From an uncultured Candidatus Saccharibacteria bacterium (GTDB lineage Bacteria > Patescibacteriota > Minisyncoccia > UBA6257 > 2-01-FULL-56-20): DNA of 64,000 bases. How positions within the stretch are numbered: position 1 is the first letter of the stretch; every line of letters begins with the position of its first letter. Positions 17,834-27,836 of this stretch are shown piece after piece. The DNA lies in the NCBI GenBank assembly GCA_964365185.1, contig CAYIOP010000001.1, positions 34,675 through 98,674 of the forward strand. The letters run 5' to 3'. Made by a program: the position numbers and the translations under genes. The notes under the pieces were generated by a model that was given only the letters and a program-made list of their open reading frames with translations, did no database searches and had not been told where the DNA came from.

Positions 17834-17991
17834 TTACTTTTCGGTTTGGCTACACTTTTCAATAATAATCGGCGCATGTGAGAGTTCGTGATTAGCCAGA
17901 TAACCTAAAGCAAAACTTAAGGAGGCCACCAAAAAAATAATGGCGCTAAAGACAACTTCCTTTCTGTGGTTTTGATACCAGTCCCCTACCG

Positions 17992-18021
17992 TTGACATCG
18001 CTATAGATTATATAATAGAAT
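17992..18021 (+). promoter_or_regulatory. putative sigma70-type promoter of rpmA (TTGACA-N18-TAGAAT)
   Basis: ttgaca at 17992-17997 and tagaat at 18016-18021, 33 nt upstream of the rpmA ATG. Confidence 0.3.
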
Positions 18022-18054
18022 AGTTAAAATTTTCAATAAAAAAATTAAGAAAAA

Positions 18055-18327
18055 ATGGCACATACACAATCGGGTGGATCAACAAAATTAGGGCGAGAGT
18101 CGCATTCAAAACGGCTGGGTATTAAGATTTTTGACGGGCAACCGATTAAGGTTGGCCAGATTGTGGCTAGGCAGAGAGGCACCAAGTATTTTCCCGGACG
18201 AAACGTGAAGATAGGCGGAGACGATACTCTCTTTGCCATACGAGATGGGATTGTTAAATTCTCCACTCGTTTTAAATCTAATTTTGCCGGTAAAAGACGG
18301 CGAATTACGGTTGTGAATGTAGTATAA
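18055..18327 (+). CDS. rpmA: 50S ribosomal protein L27
   Basis: [24 protein letters not shown]...[24 protein letters not shown] is the canonical L27 sequence. Confidence 0.85.
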   Translation: MAHTQSGGSTKLGRESHSKRLGIKIFDGQPIKVGQIVARQRGTKYFPGRNVKIGGDDTLFAIRDGIVKFSTRFKSNFAGKRRRITVVNVV

Positions 18328-18754
18328 CTTTTAAATTAACTTTTGTTCTGTTTTTTAAGTTAACTTCAATTAGATGTTCCCCTATTTCTTTTAAGGGGTG
18401 ATCAAGTTTAATTTCCACTCTTTCTTTGGTTATAAATTTATTGGAACGAAGCGCTTTTAAAATCATATCTTTGGTGACTGAACCAAAAGTTTTGCCGTTT
18501 TTGTCGGTTTTCATTTCAAAAATTAGGGATCTCTGTTGGATGAGTTCGGATATTTGAGTTAAGTGGCTTTCCAATTCCTTACTTTCTTTTTCTTTGGAAG
18601 ATTTGATTTGGGACAGCTTTTTTAAGGCCATGTGATTGGCGAGTTCAGCTAATTTTTTGGGAAAAAGAAAATTTTTAGCATAACCTGGCGAGACGTCTTT
18701 GATTTCGTATTTTTTTCCGATATTTTTTACGTCTTCAAGGAGGATGACTTTCAT
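18305..18754 (-). CDS. rplI: 50S ribosomal protein L9
   Basis: [36 protein letters not shown] is the L9 N-domain. Its 3' end overlaps rpmA convergently by 23 nt. Confidence 0.8.
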   Translation of the reverse strand: MKVILLEDVKNIGKKYEIKDVSPGYAKNFLFPKKLAELANHMALKKLSQIKSSKEKESKELESHLTQISELIQQRSLIFEMKTDKNGKTFGSVTKDMILKALRSNKFITKERVEIKLDHPLKEIGEHLIEVNLKNRTKVNLKVILHSQP

Positions 18755-18759
18755 AATTT

Positions 18760-20007
18760 TTAATCGTCTAATTTAAAGAGAGTGTCGTTGTTTTTCTTGA
18801 TTTCAGATTTCAAAATCTCAATGGCCTTATCAAATTGAGGGTCTTTATCTTTATCGATGTCGTCATCGCTTAATTTGATTTCGTAGTCCGGAGTTAGGCC
18901 TTTGCCTTCGATGATTCCACCTTTAGGTAAAACCCAGTTGGCAACCGTGATTTTAATGGAAGAGCCGTCTTTTAGGGTTTCGATTTGTTGGACTGTGCCT
19001 TTGCCAAAAGTTGTTTCTCCTATAAGCTTGATTCCTCGGTGATCTCTTAGAGCTCCGGCTAAAATTTCCGAAGCCGAAGCCGAACCGCTATTAACCAAAA
19101 TGACTACCGGGAAATCTTTTAAAGAAGCGTTGCCGCTTGAGAACAATTTTTGCTCTTCTGATTTTTTAGAAACTTCTTTAACAACAAGGGTGCCGCGAGG
19201 CAAAAACCAGCCGGCAATATCAACTGCGACCTGGAGATAGCCGCCGGGATCGTTTCTTAAATCAAGTACTATGCCTTTGCTACCGTTGGATAAGACCTGA
19301 ACTATGGCTTTATAGAAAAGAAGATTGGCATTGGCGTTAAAACTATCGAGGCGGATGTAGGCGATATTTCCCTCTTTCATTTCAAATTCGAGAGTTGGGA
19401 TAACTATGTTTTCTCTGACAATCGCAAAATCGCGAGGTTTTTCCCAACCGTCGCGGAAAATAGTTAAAGTGACTTTCGATCCGATTTCTCCTCGGATAAA
19501 TCCGATGGCTTCTTCAACATTTAAATTTTCGGTTGAGGAAGTGTTGATGGCTAAAATTATATCTTTGGGTTTAAGGCCGGCTTTTTCAGCTGGGCTGCCT
19601 TTGAGTGGGGAGATAACCGTGAGGTGATCGTCTCGGGTGCCGATTTCCGCTCCAATACCGCCGAAATTTCCTTGAATATCCTCTTCAAATTTTTTTCCAT
19701 CTTCGGGATTAAAAAATTCCGTGTGAGGGTCGCCTAAAGAATGAACCAATCCTGCGATAGCGCCATAGACCCGTTTTTGATTGTCAATTTTTTCCGCATT
19801 TAGAAATTGCTCGTCGATAACGCTCCAGGCCTGCCAAAATGCGCTGAAGTCAACATCTTTTTGATTTTTTGATTCAGTACCGGAGAGGTTTTTGATAACG
19901 ATATTTTTGGGAATGTTGCGGCCGAAATCGATGCCCAAAGAAAAAACACTGGCTAAAAGCCCCAAAATCACGGCAATAAAAATGATTCTTCGGAAGTTAG
20001 TTTTCAC
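18760..20007 (-). CDS. ctpA: S41-family C-terminal processing peptidase with PDZ domain
   Basis: N-terminal TM segment, a PDZ-like region, then NSGSASASEILAGAL and ETTFGKGTVQ, the S41 catalytic Ser/Lys region. Confidence 0.8.
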   Translation of the reverse strand: MKTNFRRIIFIAVILGLLASVFSLGIDFGRNIPKNIVIKNLSGTESKNQKDVDFSAFWQAWSVIDEQFLNAEKIDNQKRVYGAIAGLVHSLGDPHTEFFNPEDGKKFEEDIQGNFGGIGAEIGTRDDHLTVISPLKGSPAEKAGLKPKDIILAINTSSTENLNVEEAIGFIRGEIGSKVTLTIFRDGWEKPRDFAIVRENIVIPTLEFEMKEGNIAYIRLDSFNANANLLFYKAIVQVLSNGSKGIVLDLRNDPGGYLQVAVDIAGWFLPRGTLVVKEVSKKSEEQKLFSSGNASLKDFPVVILVNSGSASASEILAGALRDHRGIKLIGETTFGKGTVQQIETLKDGSSIKITVANWVLPKGGIIEGKGLTPDYEIKLSDDDIDKDKDPQFDKAIEILKSEIKKNNDTLFKLDD

Positions 20008-20057
20008 TTGAATATATTTTATCGGATTTATCTTTTTTCCACAAGATAGTTTTGGGT

Positions 20058-20092
20058 TAAATAAAAGGCCGCTCTGAAGAATCAGAACGGCT
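20058..20092 (-). terminator. Rho-independent terminator candidate downstream of 20106..20696
   Basis: Hairpin ggccgctctga-aga-atcagaacggc. On the minus strand it is followed by CTTTTATTT. Confidence 0.4.
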
Positions 20093-20105
20093 TTGTTGTT
20101 TTTGA

Positions 20106-20696
20106 TTAAAACAAGGTGGGATAGTAGACAATTATGTATGATTTGAGAATTTCTCCAAGGAGTACAGCTATAATCGCAGTTGGTTGTGGATAGAAAACAC
20201 AGTGGCAGGTTCCGAATTTCGCGCCCAGGGGTATAAGTCCGAAGATTAGGAGTTTGAGGTGGCGTTTCGATTCATGAGCCAAAGGTTTTAAACCGCGACA
20301 ATCTTCGGCGGGTTTGTGGCTTAGAGTTTTAATCATGAAATTGGTGAATTTGATTATGATTCGTCCTAGCCACCTCCATCTTAATTTCTTGAGTTTTTCC
20401 TCATAACGGCGGCGTTTTTCTTTAAGTTGGGATTGCGCGGCTGATTTTAATAAGATTATTCGAAGGAGAAAAAGAGAACCCAAAAAATAAAGTATTAGAT
20501 AGATGACGATTGCGAGAAAAGTTAGTTTTTGGTGTTCGACTAGTCTTGGAGCTAGATACAAAATCACCACATCTACGGGAATAAGTCCGACGATAGCAAA
20601 TAGAATAATTCCATTTACAGCGATTTGAATTTGTCTTTGTTTCCACCATGATAACGACAGAATATTCACCAAAACCTCCTTGTTTTCGATTGACAA
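20106..20696 (-). CDS. hypothetical membrane protein
   Basis: 196 aa with several hydrophobic helices and a basic, coiled-coil-like KEKRRRYEEKLKKLRWRW segment. Confidence 0.35.
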   Translation of the reverse strand: MSIENKEVLVNILSLSWWKQRQIQIAVNGIILFAIVGLIPVDVVILYLAPRLVEHQKLTFLAIVIYLILYFLGSLFLLRIILLKSAAQSQLKEKRRRYEEKLKKLRWRWLGRIIIKFTNFMIKTLSHKPAEDCRGLKPLAHESKRHLKLLIFGLIPLGAKFGTCHCVFYPQPTAIIAVLLGEILKSYIIVYYPTLF

Positions 20697-20790
20697 TGAG
20701 CTTGAGTGATATCTAGGATACCGAATGGATTGGATAAGGTCAAATATGGCGAAATTTGAAAATGCTGGTTAAAAAAACTAGAATAGAGGG

Positions 20791-21087
20791 GTGGATCAGG
20801 ATTATTTTGAGGAATTGCGGAGGCGATCCAAGGAATCGCGGGTTTACAGCCGACATCAGCTTTTAGGGCTTGAGATAGCTAAGATTTTAGGAGATGAGAA
20901 GCATAAAGCGCTTTATATTAAACTCGCTAAAGAGAATAATCCCGAGATTTTACTTACTTTGGCTAAACGAATTTCGGAAAACGTGAAGGTTAAAAATAAA
21001 GGCGCGTATTTTATGAAGATTTTGAGCGAGGAGAAAAAAGTGCAAAAAAATCGAAATGGACGAAAAGATTCTAGTGATTCAAAATAA
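20791..21087 (+). CDS. hypothetical small basic protein
   Basis: 98-aa ORF whose 3' end overlaps the def start. No motif recognised. Confidence 0.25.
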   Translation: MDQDYFEELRRRSKESRVYSRHQLLGLEIAKILGDEKHKALYIKLAKENNPEILLTLAKRISENVKVKNKGAYFMKILSEEKKVQKNRNGRKDSSDSK

Positions 21088-21610
21088 AAAAGAAGAAAAA
21101 ATCTTGAGGCAAAGAACTCAAGATTTTAAGTTTTTGAAGAAAGGCTTGGTGATTGGCCGAGATGAATTTTCGTTTAGAGAACTTGATGATTTAATTCGAA
21201 AGATGCGGAGAATAATGAAGGAGGCCAGCGGCGTGGGGCTAAGCGCTAATCAGGTCGGTCTTCCCTATCGGATGTTTGTGGCGGAGGTTCTGGATGCTGA
21301 CGGTAATTTGAAGTTTTATGCGATTTTTAATCCTCGGCTTGAATTTTCTGGTAAGGAGAAGGCAAAGATGGAAGAGGGGTGTTTGAGCGTGCCTGGGAAA
21401 TACGGTTTTGTGGAGCGAGCTACCAGCGCGAAATTAACTGGATTAGATAAGCGTGGCCGAGCCCTTAGAATCAAGGCCTGGGGATTTTTGGCGCACGTAT
21501 TTCAGCATGAGGTGGACCATTTAGATGGTAAGCTTTTTATTGATAGAGCCAAAGAAATTTATGATATACCAAAAGTTGACGAACGTTTAGCTGCTAAATA
21601 TCGAAAATGA
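21056..21610 (+). CDS. def: Peptide deformylase
   Basis: The three PDF motifs are present: GVGLSANQVG, EGCLSVPG and HEVDHLDG. Confidence 0.85.
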   Translation: MDEKILVIQNKKEEKILRQRTQDFKFLKKGLVIGRDEFSFRELDDLIRKMRRIMKEASGVGLSANQVGLPYRMFVAEVLDADGNLKFYAIFNPRLEFSGKEKAKMEEGCLSVPGKYGFVERATSAKLTGLDKRGRALRIKAWGFLAHVFQHEVDHLDGKLFIDRAKEIYDIPKVDERLAAKYRK

Positions 21611-22470
21611 AATTTGTTTTTTTTGGAACGCCGGAATTTGCTGAAATTGTTTTAGATAAATTAATTCAAGGCGGTTATATTCCGTCGGCGGTAATTTGTA
21701 ATCCAGACAGGCCAGTTGGCAGAAAAAAGATTATCACTCCCCCGCCGGTGAAGACGCGAATTATGAATTATGAATTAGGAATTAAGAATCAAATTAAGAT
21801 TTTGCAACCAGAGAAATTAAATCCTTCATCATTCTCGATTCATGATTCTTTATTCGATTTATTTGTCGTGGCGGCTTACGCTAAGATTATTCCAGCGGAG
21901 ATCTTAAAAATTCCGCGTCTTGGGGTAATCGGGGTTCATCCATCACTCCTGCCTAAGCATCGAGGGCCATCGCCGATTCAGTCAGTGATTTTAAACGGCG
22001 ATAAGGAGACAGGCGCTGCTCTGTATTTGATGGACGCTTTGGTGGATCATGGGCCGATTTTAGAAAGTCGAAAGTTGAAAATAGAAAGTAGAATAAATTA
22101 TTTAGAACTCGAGAGGCAGCTGGCGGAGTTAGGAGGAGACTTATTGGTTGAAGTGTTGCCAAAATTTGTTGAGGGAGAAATCAAGCCCGAGATTCAAAAT
22201 GAGGATGAAGCAACTTTCACCAAGAAATTTACCACTCAAGACGCGTTTGTGAATTACAGTGATTTACTCGAGGCGGAGAATGGTGATTTCAATTTAGCTT
22301 TAATGATTGACCGAAAAATTCGGGCTTTTGTGGCGGAGCCGGGTGCCTGGACGATTCGAGATGGGAAGCGAGTTAAACTTTTGGAGGCGGAAATTGTGGG
22401 AGTGAATTTACGGCTTAAGAAAATTCAAGTTGAGGGAGAGAGGCCGAAGATGGTAGAAAATAGTAAATAG
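21607..22470 (+). CDS. fmt: Methionyl-tRNA formyltransferase
   Basis: MKFVFFGTPEFA and GVHPSLLPKHRGPSPIQ (formyltransferase SLLP motif). It follows def with a 4-nt overlap. Confidence 0.85.
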   Translation: MKFVFFGTPEFAEIVLDKLIQGGYIPSAVICNPDRPVGRKKIITPPPVKTRIMNYELGIKNQIKILQPEKLNPSSFSIHDSLFDLFVVAAYAKIIPAEILKIPRLGVIGVHPSLLPKHRGPSPIQSVILNGDKETGAALYLMDALVDHGPILESRKLKIESRINYLELERQLAELGGDLLVEVLPKFVEGEIKPEIQNEDEATFTKKFTTQDAFVNYSDLLEAENGDFNLALMIDRKIRAFVAEPGAWTIRDGKRVKLLEAEIVGVNLRLKKIQVEGERPKMVENSK

Positions 22471-22500
22471 AAAGCAGAAAATCGGACTGCAGAATGTTTT

Positions 22501-24207
22501 CTATATAATTTCTTTTAAGTAGCATTCCTTGCATAGAATTTCTTTGTAGTCCTCTAGGGTATAGCTGCTTTGGAATTTACTTTGGCATTTAAAACAGGTT
22601 CGTTCCACTAAAGTTAAATCTTTCACCCAGTCCTGGAATTTTTTTTCAATTCGGCAAAAGGGACATTCGCGCGGCAGAGGTAGATTCATTTGTTTTAGGA
22701 AGTCGAGTTCGGACTGAATGATTTTGAAGCCGCGGTCGCATTTAGCGCAACCAATAATTTCATTTAAAATATCGCGTGGAGCGTCTTTGATATGATCCGG
22801 AAGATGTTCCGATTTAATTGAGATTTGATGATTTTTGGGTTCGCTTTCTTTCCATGCGTAGCCGGCATTTAGTGTTTGTTCTTTTGTAAGCGGAAAAAAA
22901 TTATTGGCCATAGTTTCATTATAGGCCCAAGGACTCATCTCGATTGGGAAAAACTCGCCGTATTTATAAATTTGTCCGCGGCTGTTTTTATAAGGCATCT
23001 CATTCATATGATTGATAATTTTTTCACGGAGTTGCCAATATTCCTTTTCCGGATATTTTTTGTTGAAAATCACAAATTTTCCTTTCTTGAGCGATGAACA
23101 GGCAAAGTAGTTAGCGCCGCCAAGCACGGTATTGCAGTATTCGGCGTCGATTAAATTAATTCCACTTTGAGTGGAAAACTTTACTCGATGAGCTCCTTCT
23201 CCGGTTACGCTTACTTCGTAGCAGAGTTCCATATTGTTGCCCCAACTGGTGATATCATAGCAATTCTTAATGGGTGCAACGGCGAGCATAAATAAATATT
23301 TAGAATCAATCGCTCCGGCGACCTCGTAGCACTCCTTACAATTTTTGGACTCAAAAACATAATTGCCGGTACAGTTCGTCACAAATTCCGAACAATATGG
23401 CAGAGGCGGATGTTTTTGCCAATTTTCTTCACTCAATTTTTGAGCCAGTTTATAGTTTTGATACGAGCCCAAGTCGAATTCTTTTAATTTTTTAGCATAT
23501 TCCTCTGGGGTATATTTCTGATTGAAAAATACATACTTTTGATTTCTAAGATTGGTCGAGCCAAAACAATTTTGGCAATTTGCGGAGTCCCGAAGAAAAT
23601 GGCAGTTAAGCGATTCAGTAACCTGCTTACGCAGGCCAACGCACCGGTTATTTTTGAAAGAATGTTCGCAGTCGTAGCAGAGTTCGGAGTGACTAATAAG
23701 TGATGAATCGAGCGTATTTTTGGAGTTAGTGACGTAGAAGCCATAGCTGCAATCTTCACTGAAGTCGGCATGAAACAGGAGGTAGCAATTTTTGAGATTG
23801 CCAACATGATTGTTGTATTCGGAGTTGATCATCGTGGGCAAGGCATTCGAGAGTCCGATGGTCGGTACTTCCAGCCAAAATTTCTTTAATTGCTCAAAGA
23901 AGGGTTGATTAAAGTCATAGTCGCGGCTATATTCATAAGGGTCCCAGTCATCAGACCACCAACATTTAGGGCAGTAGATTTTATAAAGGGACTCTGGAGA
24001 AAACATGGAAAGAGAGTTTTTGCCGCAAAGATCGCATTTCCGCTTGTAAATTTTTAAAAGATTAAAAAAAGCCAGGCGCCTTTGAAAGCGGCACTTGGGA
24101 CAAAAAGTCGGTGGCGGGACTTCAATTTTTTGGTAGAAATTAAAGTCCTCGGGTTCGATGGTGAATTCAGATTTGCAATCTTGACAAATCTTTGTTTCTG
24201 AATTCAT
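22501..24207 (-). CDS. Cys-rich zinc-ribbon family protein (tandem array member 1)
   Basis: MNSETKICQDCKSEFTIEPEDFNFYQKIEVPPPTFCPKCRFQRR at the N-terminus. Internal NCQNCFGSTNLRNQKYVFFNQKYTPEEY, and a C-terminal CPFCR...YKEILCKECYLKEII zinc-ribbon pair. Confidence 0.6.
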   Translation of the reverse strand: MNSETKICQDCKSEFTIEPEDFNFYQKIEVPPPTFCPKCRFQRRLAFFNLLKIYKRKCDLCGKNSLSMFSPESLYKIYCPKCWWSDDWDPYEYSRDYDFNQPFFEQLKKFWLEVPTIGLSNALPTMINSEYNNHVGNLKNCYLLFHADFSEDCSYGFYVTNSKNTLDSSLISHSELCYDCEHSFKNNRCVGLRKQVTESLNCHFLRDSANCQNCFGSTNLRNQKYVFFNQKYTPEEYAKKLKEFDLGSYQNYKLAQKLSEENWQKHPPLPYCSEFVTNCTGNYVFESKNCKECYEVAGAIDSKYLFMLAVAPIKNCYDITSWGNNMELCYEVSVTGEGAHRVKFSTQSGINLIDAEYCNTVLGGANYFACSSLKKGKFVIFNKKYPEKEYWQLREKIINHMNEMPYKNSRGQIYKYGEFFPIEMSPWAYNETMANNFFPLTKEQTLNAGYAWKESEPKNHQISIKSEHLPDHIKDAPRDILNEIIGCAKCDRGFKIIQSELDFLKQMNLPLPRECPFCRIEKKFQDWVKDLTLVERTCFKCQSKFQSSYTLEDYKEILCKECYLKEII

Positions 24208-24316
24208 TTTATTTTTTCCGAAATAAATTTGAGAGGTGATTTTTAAGTAGGGTCCAAAAAGCCCCTACGATAAGCTTAATAGTTCTAATGCGTATTTTGA
24301 TACTTGGATTCATGGA

Positions 24317-26107
24317 TTATTGAATTTCACCTTGATAGCATTCGGAACAGTAAATTATTTCAGGATCATTGTTTGAGTAGCTGGTCATAAATTTATTTTG
24401 ACACTTTGTTTCGCCATGAAGATGGGCGGTTCGATTTTCGTATATTATCTCTCCAGTTGAGTTTTCTGAAGTTCTTCCGCCACACATACAAAATTTTTCA
24501 GATAGATTATAGCGTTCTCGGCCGTTATTTCTGATATGGCGTCGGCATTCGGGGCAAAGTCGCGGAAGGGCGACGTTAATCATTCGGTAGAACTCCAGTT
24601 CCTTGGGAACGATTTTGAAAGCTCTTTTGCATTGGTGGGCACAATCTCCTCTATGAGAGCAGTTGATAATTTTTTCTAATATTTTGTCGTCCGTGTTTTT
24701 TATGTTATCCGGCAGATCTTCGGGATTTATGGTGTTCGCGTAGGTTTTTAGTTCCGCGTCTCGCCACCAAAGTTTTTGTTTTTGAGCTTTTTCTTTGGTG
24801 ATCGGGAAATAGCGCTGAGCTAAGGAGTTATTGTAGGCGCAGGTTGAAAATTCCGGCGGGAAGAATTCGCCGTACTTGTAAATGTGGCCAAGTTCGTTGA
24901 TGTAGGGTGTTTGCTTCATTTGTTCTATAATCTTCGGCACTATTTTTTCATATTCTTCCTTCGTGTATTGTTTATTTAGAATGCAGTACTTTTTTTTTCT
25001 TAACCCAACGCAGCCGAAAAGATGTTCGCATGATTGGCAAGTATCGCAGTATTGTAAATCTAAGCTTTCTCTGGCGCCGTTGGTGAATCTGATGTTTTGG
25101 GAATTAAACGCGCTGCTGGCGTAGATAAGCTCGCATTTTTCGCCTCCAGCGAAGACGTCGTAGCTGTCTTTGATTCTTCGGCCGCAGATTAGGAGATATT
25201 TGCTGTTTTCCGCGCCGTCTCTAACTTCGAAGCTATGCTGACAGTTTTTGGCGTTTTCGATGTCGTTGCCGGTGCAACCAACGGTGTTTTTTTCCGCCAT
25301 ATACTTTCTTGGGATTTTCGATTTAAGTTTTTCGAATTCTTTTTTGGCATCTTTTAAAGTTTTATGACTACCGAGATTTAGCTCCGACATTTTTTTTTCA
25401 TATTCTTTTTTGGAGTAGGGTTGATTGAAAATATGATATTGTTTGTTTCGTAAACCGACGCAGCCGAAACAGTTGGAGCAATTTCGGCAGTCGTAGAGAA
25501 ATTTTGAATCTAAACATTCATTGCATTGTTCAGAAAATAAAAGATTGAAACAGCGAGTACAAGAACAGGATTCATACATGTTTTCGCAAAAAATTAATAT
25601 TGAGACGTCAATGCATTTGCGGCTTACGGCAGGCGTGTCTGAATACATGCAGTCTTCAGAGAGATAGGCTCCGGAGACGAGGTAACAATTTTTTGAGTTT
25701 GAGGCCCAGGTGCAGTAATCGCAGTTTATTGAGTTAATTGAACGTACATTCGCTAAAGGAACAGAGTTTAAGAGTTTTAGAAATTGCTCGAAAAAGGGCT
25801 TTGAAAAATCGTAGTCGAGGCCATATTCGGTCGGATCCCAGGCATCGGACCACCAATAGTCGGAATCGTATATTTTGAGTCCTCTTTCCGAAGGATATCT
25901 AGAAATGAGTTCTTCGCTGTGGCCGGGTGCCTGGCATTTGACGCGGAAGAGCGCACCTTCATTCGACCAAATGAGTTTATGCATCATTCGGCACTTAGGA
26001 CAAAAAGTCGGCGGTGGGACTTTAATTTTTTCGTAGAAAGCGAAGTCATCGGGTTCGATGGTGAAAGTTGATTTGCAGTTTTGGCAAATTCGCGAATCTT
26101 GAGTCAT
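24317..26107 (-). CDS. Cys-rich zinc-ribbon family protein (tandem array member 2)
   Basis: MTQDSRICQNCKSTFTIEPDDFAFYEKIKVPPPTFCPKCR at the N-terminus. Internal CFGCVGLRNKQYHIFNQPYSKKEY and CEHLFGCVGLRKKKYCILNKQYTKEEY, and a C-terminal CPECR...IIYCSECYQGEIQ. Confidence 0.6.
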   Translation of the reverse strand: MTQDSRICQNCKSTFTIEPDDFAFYEKIKVPPPTFCPKCRMMHKLIWSNEGALFRVKCQAPGHSEELISRYPSERGLKIYDSDYWWSDAWDPTEYGLDYDFSKPFFEQFLKLLNSVPLANVRSINSINCDYCTWASNSKNCYLVSGAYLSEDCMYSDTPAVSRKCIDVSILIFCENMYESCSCTRCFNLLFSEQCNECLDSKFLYDCRNCSNCFGCVGLRNKQYHIFNQPYSKKEYEKKMSELNLGSHKTLKDAKKEFEKLKSKIPRKYMAEKNTVGCTGNDIENAKNCQHSFEVRDGAENSKYLLICGRRIKDSYDVFAGGEKCELIYASSAFNSQNIRFTNGARESLDLQYCDTCQSCEHLFGCVGLRKKKYCILNKQYTKEEYEKIVPKIIEQMKQTPYINELGHIYKYGEFFPPEFSTCAYNNSLAQRYFPITKEKAQKQKLWWRDAELKTYANTINPEDLPDNIKNTDDKILEKIINCSHRGDCAHQCKRAFKIVPKELEFYRMINVALPRLCPECRRHIRNNGRERYNLSEKFCMCGGRTSENSTGEIIYENRTAHLHGETKCQNKFMTSYSNNDPEIIYCSECYQGEIQ

Positions 26108-26130
26108 AGATGATTTTTGTTTTTTTGATA

Positions 26131-26162
26131 CTATTCTCTAATTCGCGCGAATTAGAGAATAG
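26131..26162. repeat. 32-nt perfect palindrome between array members 2 and 3
   Basis: ctattctctaattcgc|gcgaattagagaatag, read directly. It is preceded on the + strand by a T-run. Confidence 0.5.
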
Positions 26163-26181
26163 TTGGATAGAAGCGCCTTAA

Positions 26182-27834
26182 TTATGATATTTCGGCTTGA
26201 TAACATTCAACGCAGGAAATTTTTTGAAAAGTAAGTTTGGGTGAATAGTAATGTTCAATCTCTTTTTGGCAATAGACACATTTTCCTTTTTGCGGCTCCA
26301 TCATTAGAGTTAAGGGGTGAAAGCGGTTTAGGGTTCGCCAGTCAAAATGTTGTCTTGGTAGAGGGATTTCATGCTCGCGGTAAAACTGAAGTTCTGACGG
26401 GGCAATATTATAGCTTAATTTGGTTTCTGGACAGATGATGCGTTGTTTAGTAATGTCGTCTTTAACATTATCTATTTTATCCGGTAGGTCTTCCGACCTA
26501 ACTCCAACGTATTCCGGATTTTTAGGTTCTTCCCATTTAGCTCCGAATTTTAAAGCGCCCTCTTTTGTTTCGGGAAACATAATTTGAGCGAGAGAATAGT
26601 TGTATCCAGCATAGGCGGCGCTAAGTGGAAAAAATTTTCCCCACTCCCCTCTTTGCTTCATATCTGTTTCTATCTTTTTCTTTAGCGTTTCGTATTCTTG
26701 TTGGCTATATTGTTTGTTTAAAATGCAATATTTTTTCTTTCTTAATCCCACGCAGCCAAAACAATATTCGCACTCTTCGCAGTTATCCAGATAAGCGCTG
26801 TAGCGACAATAGCCGGTATAGAGATTACAGAAATTTTCATATCCCCATTGGTCCAGGGAACTCCGGGCGCATTTTTCCGATGGGCAGCCCACCGCATCAA
26901 TGAGGTCTTTACCGTCTATTCCCCTTAAAGAATAGCGGCAATTTTCCGATCTTTCCAAAAAATAACAGCTATGGCAGTTTTTGTTTTCCAATAAAAAGTT
27001 GCCGCTGGAATTTGAAATTTGGACATTAAAATGCGCGCGGTGAATCGTGTCTTTTTGAAGATGGCTCCAAAATTCTTTTTTTAGTTTTTCGACAGCGGAA
27101 TAAGAATTGAGTTCAAAACTTTTTATTTTTTTAAAATATTCTTCTTTTGAATAAGGTTGGTTTAAAATATAATATTGTTTATTTCTCAAATTCCAGGACA
27201 TAAAACAGTTTTGACAGTTGCGGCAGTCATAGAGAAAAGCGCCTTCTATACAGTCACGTGAGTTGAAGCAGTGTCGCAGTTTGAATCCCTTAAAACAATA
27301 GAGGCAGTCATAACATTTTTCTAGTTCAAAACAATAAGTTATATCCAGAGAATTTTTCGAGGCGAAAGCCCTGTAGCCATAACTGATATCCTCGATTTTC
27401 CAAGCTGACCTGGTGAGGTAGCAATTTTTTGATTCCCAAACATCGTCGGTCCAGTCACAATTGGTGTTTCTAAGACCGGTTTGATGAGGATGAGGAACTT
27501 TGGCTTGAAGTTCCATTAATTGTTCAATAAAAGGCCGGGAGGCGTCATAATCGCGGCCGTAGGCTAAAGAATCCCAGGCGTCTGAGACAAATTCTTCCCG
27601 TTCGTAGATTGGAAAAGGCACGCTCTCGGGTAAGACGGTAATGAGCCGTTTACCGCTTAGGGCGGAATTGGTGATTCGAAAGCGGCCAAAAATCCAAAAG
27701 GACAAAAGATATTTCCATCGACAGAGTGGGCATTGGTCTGGCGTCGGCAAATCGAATCTACTATAGAATTCTTTGTCGATATCTTCTATTTGAAATTCTT
27801 TTTGGCAGTTTCGGCACGTTTTGTTTTCAGTCAT
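26182..27834 (-). CDS. Cys-rich zinc-ribbon family protein (tandem array member 3)
   Basis: Start placed at M13 (MTENKTCRNCQKEFQIEDIDKEFYSRFDLPTPDQCPLCR) to avoid a 34-nt overlap with the upstream gene. Internal CQNCFMSWNLRNKQYYILNQPYSKEEY and CEYCFGCVGLRKKKYCILNKQYSQQEY, and a C-terminal ISCVECYQAEIS. Confidence 0.55.
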   Translation of the reverse strand: MTENKTCRNCQKEFQIEDIDKEFYSRFDLPTPDQCPLCRWKYLLSFWIFGRFRITNSALSGKRLITVLPESVPFPIYEREEFVSDAWDSLAYGRDYDASRPFIEQLMELQAKVPHPHQTGLRNTNCDWTDDVWESKNCYLTRSAWKIEDISYGYRAFASKNSLDITYCFELEKCYDCLYCFKGFKLRHCFNSRDCIEGAFLYDCRNCQNCFMSWNLRNKQYYILNQPYSKEEYFKKIKSFELNSYSAVEKLKKEFWSHLQKDTIHRAHFNVQISNSSGNFLLENKNCHSCYFLERSENCRYSLRGIDGKDLIDAVGCPSEKCARSSLDQWGYENFCNLYTGYCRYSAYLDNCEECEYCFGCVGLRKKKYCILNKQYSQQEYETLKKKIETDMKQRGEWGKFFPLSAAYAGYNYSLAQIMFPETKEGALKFGAKWEEPKNPEYVGVRSEDLPDKIDNVKDDITKQRIICPETKLSYNIAPSELQFYREHEIPLPRQHFDWRTLNRFHPLTLMMEPQKGKCVYCQKEIEHYYSPKLTFQKISCVECYQAEIS

Positions 27835-27836
27835 AT

